NCBI RefSeq assembly: GCF_006345805.1
Contig: NC_042998.1
Location: forward strand, 139,686,001-139,750,000
Direction: 5' to 3'
DNA: 64,000 nt
DNA from: Octopus sinensis
Taxonomy: Eukaryota
Position 1 is the stretch's first letter. Each line of letters opens with the position of its first letter. Below are positions 50,860 to 62,494 of this stretch, one piece after another. The notes under the pieces were generated by a model. The model was not told where the DNA came from, did no database searches, and was given only the letters and a program-made list of their open reading frames with translations. Position numbers and translations under genes: made by a program.

Positions 50860-52425
50860 GGAGTCTCCCTTGGTCCTTGGTCCATCATTGCTGAGATGCT
50901 CAAAATATCTGGTAGAGTAGGATACAGTCAAGTCACCTGTGTAGTTAATCAGGTTATTCAGGAGTGTGTAATCGTCTGTGACTGGTGTAGCAGCATCATA
51001 GTTAGCTGCTACAAGGTTAATGGATGTTCCTTAGAAATAATTATAGGGGCATCAAATTGCTGGACCAGGTGATGACTAAACCCAATTAATTAGGAACAGA
51101 ATTAGACTAGATGAAACGCAATCTGGCTTTGTGCCAGGGAGAAGTATTACTGATGCTATTTTCATAGTCAAGCAACTGCAAGAGAAGTATTTAGCCAAGA
51201 ATAAGCCATTGTACTTGACATTTGTTGATCTGGAGAAAACCTTTGACAGAGTATCTCGCTCAGTGATATGGTGGTCTCTGAGGAAGCTGGGGGTAGACAA
51301 ATGATTTGTGAAAGCAGTACAGGGATGCTGTTGGTAAGGTAAGAATTAACCACGAATACAGTGGTGAATTTAGTATATAGGTAGGTGTTCATCAATGCTC
51401 AGTCCTCACCCCATTCATCATCAATTATAACAGGGGAATTTAAGATCAAAAGCCCATGGGAATTATTATATGCTGATATGTAAATTTGAAGTCATAGCAG
51501 AATCTGTAATGGAACTAGAAAAGAAACACCAGGTTAGGAAGCAAAACCTGGAATTAAAGGGCCTTAAAGTTAACTTAGCAAAGGCCATGATCCTAGTAAG
51601 CAAAAAATCAGACAGGACCTTACCCATTTCAGGTAAATGACCCTGCTTGATATGTAGGAAAAGTGTAAGCAGGAATTCTATTCGGTGAACCCAGTGCAAG
51701 CTATGGACACACAAGAGGTGCAGTAGACTAATAGGAAAGTTAACAAAGAAAGTATTGTTTGTATGTGGAAGATGTACAGGAGCCATAAAGTCAACAGTTA
51801 CATGAGAAATTGACTTTCTCAAATGCCTCAGACTCTCTAGAAGTAGGGAATAACTTCTGCTACCTTTAGACCAAATTAGCAGTAAAATAGGATGAACTGA
51901 AAGTGTAATTGCTAGGATAGGAATAGGATGGAGACAGTTCAGAGAACTTTTACCTCTGTTGGCAACCAAAGGTCTCTCTCTCTCTCTCAGTGAAAAGAAG
52001 AATATATGATACATGTATACAAACAGCAATGCTACATGATAGTGAAATATGGGCCCTGAATGTAGAGGACATGCAAAAGCTAGAGAGGAATGAAGCTTGT
52101 ATACTCTGCTGGATGTGCAGTGTCAGTGTACATGAGCAACAGGGCACTAGTATATTGAAAGAAAAATTAGGCATAAGAGGAATTAGTTGCAGTGCGCAAG
52201 AGAGAAGACTGCACTGATGTGGTGATGTGATGCATATAGATGTGGACTGTTGCATAAAGAAGTGTCAATCACTTAAAATGGATGGAACTTGTGGAAGAGG
52301 GAGACCCAGGAAGACCTGGGATTAAGTATTGAAGACTGATCTCAAGACATTGTGCTTTGCAAAGTAGATGACAAAGAACCAAGATATTTGGCACCTTGTT
52401 GTATTCAAGAGGACTTGTCCACCAC
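50860..52425 (+). mobile_element. Second, more decayed copy of the same RTE family, inverted relative to the first
   Basis: GCTGAGATGCTCAAAATATCTGG, FVDLEKTFDRV, PCLICRKSVSRNSIR*TQCKLWTHKRC; many stops. Confidence 0.9.
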
Positions 52426-53189
52426 AGCAGAATTGATATCCTAAAATGACCATAGTAATGCTTGTCTATTAGGGTCTCTGCCCCCCCCCTTTCATCCTCT
52501 CTACTCTGTCAACCATCTCTCCCCATATTACATCCCTTAACACCAACCACTTTCTCTATCACCTGAGAGTAGAATAGGCACATACTACATCCCATGGCTT
52601 TCTCAATTAACTTTTTCCCCTACCTCAAGCCACTTCCATTTCCGCTTGTCTTCCCCTGCCTACTGCCTCCACCAATCACCTCCTTTGTTATCACCCTCAA
52701 TGCCCCCATATATCTACTGTAACCCCTGCCCCCACACCTCGCCTATATTTGTCACCATCATTTGCTAATTACCTCATCCTGTCCACTCACCCACCTCTAT
52801 ATCATCACACTTCTCACTATCCCCAATGTTCCTCAATAGCATGTACTGTCACATCTTTGCCATCATCTTTCTCTCACTATCACTCTGTATCTTACTTTCT
52901 AACTCACTCTTCTTTCCTTTTCAACCAGGGTATCCATGTGTCTACTCTACAGCAAGATACCTATATCTGTTGCTCTATATCTTAACCCTTATTGTTCAGA
53001 TTAATCTGTCAAATGTATTGCTTATTTGTTCACATTATTTTGAATTATTCAGGTTCAAGAGTGGTGTCCACAATGTTTGCTTGTGACTTTGTTAATTTTC
53101 TACATATGTAATTGAAATTTTGACCAGTTGGTGCTTGTGCAAATTTTTTCCACTTTATAGAAATCAATATTTTCTCTGTTGACATCCGC

Positions 53190-53830
53190 CTCAGTTAATT
53201 TTGCTTTTCTCCCTGTTCTGTGGTTTCTGGAAGAAAAGCCCTCATGTAACTGAGATGCAATGTCAACCTGAAATTTCAAATGGTCTAGTCCTTTGGTGGC
53301 GGAAGTACCTTGTGGCTTTTTACATAATTTTTGAATTAACTATAGTTAGACATAATGCTGGAAATATATGGATCACCATACCTTATATCAGGACTCCAGT
53401 AGTTCCTCAGTCGAAGAAGCTGCTTCATACCAAACATAATGTTCAAGGTAAAATAAAGCTCGCATTTCTGCAGTATCAGTTGCTGCCATAGTGGATTAGG
53501 TTTTCCACAAATAGAAATTATGTGTTGAGCATTTGTTTTCTCCACAACAGTTTCACAAAAACTTTTTGATAAAAATAAAGATGATAGTCCAATGGTTGAG
53601 CATTGGGAGGTTAGACTGTGTTGTGGACTAGTCTTTTCTGTGAAATCAGGAATTGTGGTTGATGTAGTAATCTTTAACCATGTTGCCATAATGATTCCAA
53701 TATCATTTTCATCACTCTCATTATCAAAATCTTCCATGTCCAACGAAGATTCATAAATATCAATATCAGATTTGTCTGAAGACAAATCACTGATGTTTTC
53801 GTTTTATATTTTGTACATCATCAAGAGTAA
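53190..53830 (-). mobile_element. piggyBac-type (PGBD4-like) transposase N-terminal remnant
   Basis: Acidic N-terminus, PDFTEKTSP, FCETVVEKTN, LNIMFGM...NYWSPD...YISSIMS. Confidence 0.75.
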
Positions 53831-54302
53831 AATCTTCAAAGTTGGAATTGCCACTTACTGACACCAAATTATTAAAAATAGTTTACACTTCTCTTCAAAT
53901 GTTGAAAAAACCAAGTAGTCACAAAAATTTCACAGTATTTTTATTTGAATAAAGGCAGAAAGGGCTTTATTTCACATTATCTCAAAGCAACGAGAATTCA
54001 ATAACATGATTTGTTTTTTTAGCAGTTTCATAGAGGAATCAGATACAGCCAGATTAAAAGGTACTAGTGATGGTGTCATGCAAAAAGCACTGGTCATGGT
54101 GCTACATAAAAAGCACAAGTGTTGTTGCCACATAAAAAGCACTGGTGCAACTTACTGCCAATATCCTGGTAAATTAAGACAACATAAAATAAAGTATCTT
54201 ACTCTGAGAAATTATTTACTGCAAATATGAAATGCTGTTGTTCTTATTTTATAATTTAAAATTTACATAATAAATTACATTTTATTATATTCAAAATTTT
54301 TC

Positions 54303-54320
54303 TTTTCTATATTTCTGCAG
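54303..54320 (+). promoter_or_regulatory. Splice acceptor of the GT32 exon
   Basis: TTTTCTATATTTCTGCAG|ATCTGCC; polypyrimidine tract plus CAG. Confidence 0.75.
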
Positions 54321-54355
54321 ATCTGCCACGCCTGGATACTAATCGGAATTCCATC

Positions 54356-55381
54356 ATGCAAGGGATACCAAAATTACCTCTCAAAACCCTTTCCTTAGGG
54401 TCTTTTTTTATATTCATTCTCCACTGGTTGGTAAAATTTGAGCAGGTGCGTGAACATGGCAGTTTCTATGATTTAAATATCGCTGTAGAAAAGGACTTCC
54501 AACCTTACGGAATGAAAGAACCAGAATTGTTCCCTGTTACAGGAGTAAGAAGAATTCCAAAAATTATCCATCAGACATGGAAGGACAAAATGGTACCTCG
54601 GAAACTGACATCTTGGGTGAAATCATGGGTTAAAAATCATCCTGATTGGGAATATTGGTTATGGACAGATGCCAGTGCTCGAGAAATGTTGGCTGATAAA
54701 TATCCTTGGTTCCTGTCAACATTTGATAATTATCCTGAAAATATTCGACGGGCTGACGCTCTGCGATATTTTGTACTTTATGAATTTGGAGGTGTTTATG
54801 CCGATATGGATATGGAAAGTTTCAAATCTGTTGACCCATTATCCTTGAAATATTCCTGTTTTCTTGGACAAGAACCATATGAACATCCTGTTTTGGATTC
54901 TAATTTTGAACATATTGTAATCAATGCCATCATGGGTTGCCGTAAAAATCACCCTTTTATGAAAAAGGTAATGGAAAGTTTGCCAGATTTTTCACACATG
55001 TGGAATGTCCTCGACAGCACAGGTCCACATTTTTTAACTCTCCACTACCGTCAATACCAGAAAAATAATATACCCCCTGATGTCGATGATGGGGTTTATT
55101 TAGCACCAGCTGAATATTTCTTTCCAACAATTGATCCTGTAAAATTTTTCTGGATGCGGACTCAATGCGCTAAGTTTGACAAACTCACCAAAATTCAACA
55201 GAAGGCATGCAAAAGCCTTAAAGTAAAAGGCGTCAAGCGGACAATACCTTCAATATCTTTTGCTACACATCATTGGATTCATACTTACCTAGATCTGAGC
55301 ATCACATTGAAGGGACCCGTTGAAATTCACACTGTCGTTCCACACGTGAAAATATATAAAAGTAGTAAAACTTTGAGTTAG
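54356..55381 (+). CDS. Glycosyltransferase family 32 (Gly_transf_sug/DXD; OCH1/SUR1-like), type II membrane protein, 341 aa
   Basis: Intact ORF; hydrophobic anchor aa ~12-26; IPKIIHQTWK (67-76), RRADALRYFVLYEFGGVYADMD with DxD at 150-152, STGPHFLT (TGP 222-224), terminal HHW (305-307); 11 open in-frame codons upstream within the exon, so the N-terminus may be longer. Confidence 0.93.
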   Translation: MQGIPKLPLKTLSLGSFFIFILHWLVKFEQVREHGSFYDLNIAVEKDFQPYGMKEPELFPVTGVRRIPKIIHQTWKDKMVPRKLTSWVKSWVKNHPDWEYWLWTDASAREMLADKYPWFLSTFDNYPENIRRADALRYFVLYEFGGVYADMDMESFKSVDPLSLKYSCFLGQEPYEHPVLDSNFEHIVINAIMGCRKNHPFMKKVMESLPDFSHMWNVLDSTGPHFLTLHYRQYQKNNIPPDVDDGVYLAPAEYFFPTIDPVKFFWMRTQCAKFDKLTKIQQKACKSLKVKGVKRTIPSISFATHHWIHTYLDLSITLKGPVEIHTVVPHVKIYKSSKTLS

Positions 55382-55400
55382 TGGGTGATAGTTTCCAAAT

Positions 55401-56012
55401 AATAAATTGTTCTACATTAAAATTGTTCATAAATGATCAAAAATGTTGTTCATGCAAGAACCATGATTAAATGGATGTTGGTGTGGGAATAATTGATGGC
55501 AGTGAATGTGACTCGATGCTTCATTTGACTCTTGGATATTTCTTTTCTTATTTTTTTTTATACTTCTGAGGAAAAAAAATTATATTTTTATTTTATTACA
55601 ATTTGTCTATCACTTAAAAAAATATATTCATATATTTTTTTTAACGAAACTTATCTTTAAAAAAAAAGCAACAACAAAAATTAACAAACCATGATGTGTG
55701 ATAAATATTGGGAGAATGTCATTGGTTCAGTAGGCCTTTGTAATAATCATTTCTGTTCTATGTCATTTAAACATTAAAACAAAAATTGATCAAGAATTGG
55801 AATTCCACCTTAAAAAATGGAATTTGTCTATCAAGCTGGAATTATTAGTTTCCATGGAGAGAAGCTATGGCTGTACTCTTAAAAATTTGAGGTTCATAAC
55901 TATTAAAAGACATGATTGAATGTGTGAAACTCATTAAGAAAAAAGTAAAACTAATAGAGACATTCAATAAATATCTGGGTCTTCTCGTGTTAGCCTCTTT
56001 ATTGGAAATAAA
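55401..56012 (+). terminator. Candidate polyadenylation signals for the GT32 gene
   Basis: AATAAA at 55401-55406, ~55967 and 56007-56012 in AT-rich 3' sequence. Confidence 0.4.
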
Positions 56013-56447
56013 GTTTCAAATTGATGGATTTTTCACTATAAAGTTCTTAGCAGATCATTTCTAGCTTGGTTGACACCTAAAATGAGCAGGAATATGGCAG
56101 ATCTTGAGCAAACAAAAGACAGATCTTGAACATTGTAAAGCAGAGAATTTGCTGAATTGTTGAAGCATTGAAAACAGTATCTTTCCAGCTCTAAAGTCAA
56201 CTTTGACTTTCATCCTTTCGAGGTCAATAAAAAATACTTGTCTTATACCAGGGTTGATTATTCTCTCTTTTTTCCTCTCCTTTCATTCTTCAACAAATCA
56301 GCTGTGGTCAGATATGGAGAAGCATGGGTTCTGCCAGATCTGTAAGCACTCAAGATGTGCAGTTTTACAACAGCAACCCTTTAACTTTATCAGAATTTGA
56401 AGGCCTGAAATTTGCATTCTATCATAAAATGCATCATGGACAATGAT

Positions 56448-57012
56448 TAACCCTTTAGCATCCAGTTTTCTCTGTCAAATGTAATATTTATTCACTGTGT
56501 TTTGAAGTAATCATACATTACTTCAAAGTTTTGAGATTTTGATGTGATCGCTTATTTTTAGAATAACATTGTAGTGTCGATGTGAGAGGCAGGATACTGC
56601 TGATTTGAACATAAAACAGGCAGGATATTTTGGTCGGATGTTGCCAGTTTAAATCCTAAAGAATTACATATAACACTCACACTTAAGCACTGACCAGTTC
56701 CAGTCAGAGATGTCAGCAGTAAACATAAGTACTATGAGAAGACTTTGTCTTTGTGTTGTATATATGAGATGTGTTAAAATATGCTTAACTAGATTGTCCC
56801 CTTAACCCTTGAAATACACTGTCTTTGTTTCAATTAATTTTGAAAATTATGAAGTATTTACTAAAGTCATTTTGTCATTGTTGAACTAGTATTTAGGATA
56901 TAAGTTAACTTGAAATTTTGATGGAACGTTTTAATTTAAATTACTTTAAAACTAGGAGTTAGTATCATGGAATCAGAGGCAGTCACAGATAGGTTAGTAT
57001 CAAAAGAGCTAA
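56448..57012. mobile_element. piggyBac-like MITE fragments (56448-56672; 56800-57012)
   Basis: TTAA|CCCTTTAGCA start, shared with 52982; second fragment resembles the 57258 terminus. Confidence 0.55.
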
Positions 57013-57069
57013 AACAGGATTTTGTATAATAGAACCAAAAGTAGTCTTTGCTAAGTTAGTATTAGTTTC

Positions 57070-57235
57070 ACATTTTGGCACAAGGTCAGCAATTTCAGGA
57101 GGGAGGGTAAAGTTGATTACCTCAACCCCAGTATTCAGCTGGTACTTATTTTATCAACCCCGAAAGGGATGAAAGGCAAAGTTGACTTCAGAATGTATAG
57201 AGACGGATGAAATACCAGTGCGCTAACAATACTGC
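57070..57235 (-). mobile_element. SINE family B, CpG-decayed
   Basis: GTCGAC/TCGACC replaced by GTTGAC/TCAACC. Confidence 0.8.
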
Positions 57236-57257
57236 CAGGTTAATATTAAATAATTAA

Positions 57258-58309
57258 CCCTTTCGTTACTATATTTCTGACCAAAATACACACCTTATGT
57301 GTTTCAATTAATTTCTAACATAATCATAAATTTAGTCTGGTTTCATTAAACAACTATAACTTTTTTATTTATCAATATATTAATGTGATTTTTGGAAGAT
57401 GATTTAATGAAATGTTCTCAACCAATTCTATACTATAATTTTTGTTACAAAGTGACTCTATTTGCAGGTAGATACAGGTAAATTCAACAAAATATAAAAT
57501 TATTAAAATTTTTGTTCAAACATCGCTATAGAAAATGGGTTATTAGCTAATATTCAATTGGGTATACAACAAAATTTTACTATAGAATTTGTTATTCTGG
57601 GTAACTTTCTGATACCCATAATAATATTTATGGCAAAATAAGCCTTAATTTCATTTAAGGTTGTGGGAAACCACAAAGTATCCTATCTTTCGCTTTGTTT
57701 TCATTTAGCGTAACGGTTCGTTTCCGCTGTAATGATTTCAAATAGGCTCATTCGAAAAAGTAAAAAGAAATAGTCTAAGGCTTTACTCTCCTGGGAAAGA
57801 TTGTGGCTTGGTCCAGTTTCTTCAGAAAAATCACTGAAAGAAACAGTTTCTAAATTTTCACTCCATTCAGGTGCCAATTCATTTTCTTTATTGCTGTTGG
57901 GGCTCTCGGATTCATTATCAAATACCACGTGCATTTTTTTTTCAGTCATAGAGTTAGATTTATCAAGGTCTTCAGTAGAAAAGCCTTCGAATTCTGACTC
58001 GCTGCTTGATATAATGAAATTCGTATCCATTTTTTGTCAGAATTACAAATTTTGAAAACACAATAGGAACAAATTTTGGAAAAAAATCTCCCAAAATTCA
58101 CGGAATTAAAATTACACTTCGATCGTTGTACAAAACTCTAGATGAACTGTTTACAAAGTATAATCAGGTGTTTTCACGAATGTACTAAAGAGATTTGCTC
58201 TGATATTCTCATTTAAATATGAATAGGTAAATACTGGCGGGTTTGGGCAGTTTGGTCACATAAACCTAAATTTTTGGGGGCGGCTTTGGGCAGTTTGGTA
58301 ACGAAAGGG
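57258..58309 (-). mobile_element. Non-autonomous piggyBac element
   Basis: TTAA TSD (57254-57257; 58310-58313); perfect 12-bp TIR CCCTTTCGTTAC; subterminal repeats TTTGGGCAGTTTGGT; transposase N-terminus (FSEETGPSH...FEIITAETNRYAK) at 57701-58030. Confidence 0.92.
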
Positions 58310-58539
58310 TTAAAACAGGAAGTTAGTGTCACAGAACCAAGGGAGGTCTCAGGTGTGTTGGTTTTAAAAGAGTTAAAGTACATTCAATGGAGCATTTGAA
58401 CCCAGTATGGCAAGCTAGCAGAATCCTCATCAGTTTTTCCAAATACACATATTCACAGTTTGTGCCCAATTCTGACAAATTTGTGACCTTTTGGTTGTAT
58501 ATTGAATTTTACATTATTCTTATCTGATAGGATTTTCCA

Positions 58540-60350
58540 TGTGGTGTGCCTGTGGCCAAATGGTTAAGAAGTTTACTTCACAACCACAAAGCCCTCAAGT
58601 TCAGTCCCATTGCATGACACTTGGGGCAAATGTTATTTTTTGCAGCCTCAGGCTCACCGATAACTTGTGAACGGAATTAGGTTGATGGAAACTGTATGCA
58701 ACCCTGTCAGCTGGATTATTCAGAATGTATAACTCTGTCACATATCGAATTATACTAATTCTGCTTGGGAATTATGTTGATGGTATATGCATTTGTGGAA
58801 TACTCAGCTGTTTATATGTTAATTCAAGGGCAAGTAATTCAGTTGATTTAACAACTGAATCCTCATCACCAAACAGCAGAGATCTATTCCCACTATTATT
58901 TGGTGTTTATAGATATTTTATATAAGTGAATAATACAAAAAGAAAAAAACAACGTTCATTGAATTGACAGAATATGAAATTTTAAATGTAATATTGGAGG
59001 CATGACTGTAGTTGAGAAGCTTGCTTTCCAAACATGGTCTTGGGTTCAACTCACTGTGTGGTATCTTGGACAAGTGTCTTCTACTATAGCCCCAGGCTGA
59101 CCAAAGCTTTGTGAGTAGATTTGGTTGATGGAAACTGTGTGGAAGCTTGTATGTATTTGTGTGTATCCTTATCTTGACATCATGTGATGGTTGTAAATGA
59201 GCAAGTGATGTTTGTTTCAAGTCTTCTATGCAAAATATGTCTGGTCATGAGGAAATATGTTTGCTTAGGAACAGGTGAGAGTTGGTAACAGGAAGGGCAT
59301 CCAGCCATAGAAAATTCTGCCTCAACGAATTCCGGCTGACCTAGGTGAGTGTGGCAAAGATGTTAAATAATGATGAGGGATCCAACCTGGTCACCATCAT
59401 CATTTAATGTCCACTTTCCATGCTGGCACAGGTTGGATGGTTTGACCAGAACTGGCAAGCCAGAGAGCTGCATCAGGTTCCAGTCTGATTTGGCTTGGTT
59501 TCTACAGCTGGATTCCCTTCCAAATGGCAACCCCTTTATAGTGTGTGTTTGATGCTTTTAATGTGGCACTGCCACACGCACTTTTACATGGTGCCATGAG
59601 CATTTTATGTGGCAACAGCACAAGACTCTTGCGGGCCAATCCTCTTCACCAGGGGATGCAGCCATAACACTTCTGCTGTGCGGGATGGGTCTTCTTGATA
59701 TATGTAAGAGAAGGTTGAGGATTTGATTCCAATACTGAAAGTTTATTGTGTCAAGTATTTTAATTAAATGATGCTTAATTTCATGGGCTCTGGTGAATGG
59801 ATAAATGATGAAATCACTCCGCTCCAATTAGGATTTTCACTCAGAACCTTGTGAAATGAAAACTAAATATTGTAATACATTTAAACCTGTGTTATACTGT
59901 TTTTTTTTGTCATGGGGAGTTAAAATGGTAAAAATGAGGATCAACCAAGTTATTATCATCATCATTATTATTATTTAACATTCATTTTCCATGCTGGCAT
60001 GAGTTGGACAGTACAACAGGAATTGGTGAGCCAGGAGACTGCATCAAATTCCAAAACATACTTTGGCATGATTTCTATAACTTGAAGCCCTTCCTAATGC
60101 CAACCATTTTTGAAGGTCTGAAGACATTGGATGATTTTTTTGACAAGGGAAATATCACCACTTGTAACTCAACAATTTTCAGAGAAGAGAAAATGTAAAC
60201 ACACACACAAACATGCATAAAAGTATAAAGTGGCCCTCTTTCAGTTTTCATCCACCAAATCCTGTCACAAGATTTTGGTGAACCCAGGGCCATAAGAAAA
60301 CACTTAACCTAGGTGCCATACAGTGGGACTGAACTTGAAACCATGTAGTA
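58540..60350. mobile_element. CpG-decayed SINE A heads with alternative tails and RTE-type tails
   Basis: 58540-58880 (C-like tail), 58990-59380 (RTE-like tail ending TAATGATGA), 59395-59530(-), 59970-60110(-), 60215-60350(- head). Confidence 0.7.
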
Positions 60351-60969
60351 AGGAAGCAATTCATTGTAAATACACAGAGCAGCACTTTAAAACTGACAGG
60401 TTTTGCTCAGCTGCTTTTTTTTTTTTAATGTGCTTGGTTTCCAGTTATAGAAACCAAACCAAAAACAAAACATGAACAAGATAATATTGTCCCTTCCCTC
60501 CTCAGACCAATGTAGATGACTAGCAATGACTTATCTGACCCATGTCAACATGGAAAGCAGATGTAAAATGACAACGATGATTCCTGATATTTTCTTATTG
60601 GATTTACTCTGTGATGCATTTTTACTCACATGAAAATATGCATCAGGCAAATGCTGGTGCAGTTCTCTCTTCACCCAGTTGTCATATCTTGAATGTTTCA
60701 TTAGATGAGAGAATCAAAACAATATCTATTATACATTTACTCATGACTACTTAGACATTTAAAACAATTAGTAAATGCTGGTGCAGCCTTCCAGCTTGCC
60801 AACCCTGACCAAACTGTCCAGCATGGACAATGAATGTTAAATGATGATGATGGTATATGATACCCAGCCATACTTATCCATGAATGATTGCTGGCTCTTT
60901 GATGTTTGTATATCCAGTCTGTAAAATCCACTGACTAGTTGAGCAAAATTTCTGTTTTAAACACTTTAA

Positions 60970-61300
60970 TAGTACTGTATAGAAGAGATTTTGCTGGTAA
61001 GGACGACATGTGATGCATATGAAGACTGAGATTAGCTGGATGAAAGTGAAAATGATGGAAAATGAAGATGTGCAAAACAGTGGTGAAGTCTAATCAGCTT
61101 CATTTTGATTTGCCTGAACTGGAAACATCCAAATTAGTCTTGTAGAACCTACTTCATGGTGATGTGAGGAGAGGAAAACCTTGCCATACATTGGCAACTT
61201 GATCGCAGACACTGGCCTGGAATATATCCAGGATATCGAGGTGATGATGTTAGACTGAAGAGTGTGGTGGGTGGACTTTGTTGGTGCAGCCCGGGTTGGA
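60970..61300 (+). mobile_element. RTE-X LINE C-terminal remnant
   Basis: RLRLAG and LPYIGNLIADTGLEYIQDIEVMMLD*RVWW. Confidence 0.6.
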
Positions 61301-62494
61301 ACTTGGCCATAGATGAACCTCTCAAAGATAGCAAAAAGACCATGACAGAGAGACGGTTGGAATGGAACGAGTCGGAACAAATACCATGAGGTATCTCATC
61401 TGACATTTTAAAAATTCTGCCAATATGCTGCACTTTATTAACCCTGAAAAGATGAAAGGCAATTCTGAGATAGAAAGCATACAGCAATGTATTTTACCTT
61501 CAACTCTTCACACTACTACCAATCCACCCCACTCCCCTTTATAGTGGTATTAATTCTCCTGTTCCACCACCTAAGTTGCTGGGCTGAGTGACTTAGTCTT
61601 AAGTGAACAGCTTTCAAATGATTCAATTACATGAGACTGACTTGTGATAGAGAAACAAAGTCTTTAGTTGTAACCCAACAAGCCACTAATTTTGAGGATG
61701 TGCTATTATCAACTCCTGTTAGTAATAATGAAGAGATATTGAGTGTATCATGTCATCATCATTATTATTTAACAACTGTTTTCCATGCTGGCATGAGTTG
61801 GACAGTTCAACAGAAGCTCACAAGCTAAAAAAAATACACAAAACTCCAAAGTTTGCTTTGGCATGGTGTTTATGGCTAGATGCCTTTCCAAATGCAAACC
61901 ACTTTACAATGTATTGAATGCTTTTTGTGTGGTACCAGCACTGGAGAGGTCACCAAGTAACTAAGAGAAAGCAGTATTAAGGGAAGTGGCTTGAAGCCAG
62001 GTAACAAGAGACTAAAGCATGACAAAAGGACAGGAACAGCAGCTATCTTGCAGTAGAGGAGATATATTGTTACTGCAACTGGAAAAAAAAAAAAAAGAAA
62101 ATGGTAGTGCAGAGGTGTCAGGGTGCACCCTCAGGTTACAAGGTGAATATAAGTAGCATGGATGGATATAGCAGTCCTTGAATACAAGATCAACAGATTT
62201 TTTTACAAGAAACTGGCATATATATAGTTGATCCAAAAATATTGTACAATATTGATTCGTTTTTGATTAGGCACAAAGGCGCTTAATGCTAAAAATTAGG
62301 AAATAAGAGATTGCAATATCCATGCTCATTCCAAGGGGATATATATACATATATACTATGGTCCTGAAAGGGTAAAAAAAACAAAGTATTTCCAAAGCAG
62401 CACTCAACCTGAGCTTGAGGTTATCTCCACTCTTCAATTGGAGTGCCATAAAACCACAAATATTACTTTTTACATGCAACTTTTGAATGCAATA

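Noticed and set aside
52550-52620. GTLHPHGL-like PLE terminus in CT-rich sequence
   Set aside because: Requires several indels; insufficient support
54356-55381. GT32 ORF as bacterial or fungal contamination
   Set aside because: Has a spliceosomal acceptor, poly(A) signals and host-like AT content, and is flanked by the same SINE families as the rest of the window
53336-58030. piggyBac ORFs as a domesticated PGBD host gene
   Set aside because: Both stop before the catalytic DDD region; one lies within intact TIR/TSD; no splice support seen
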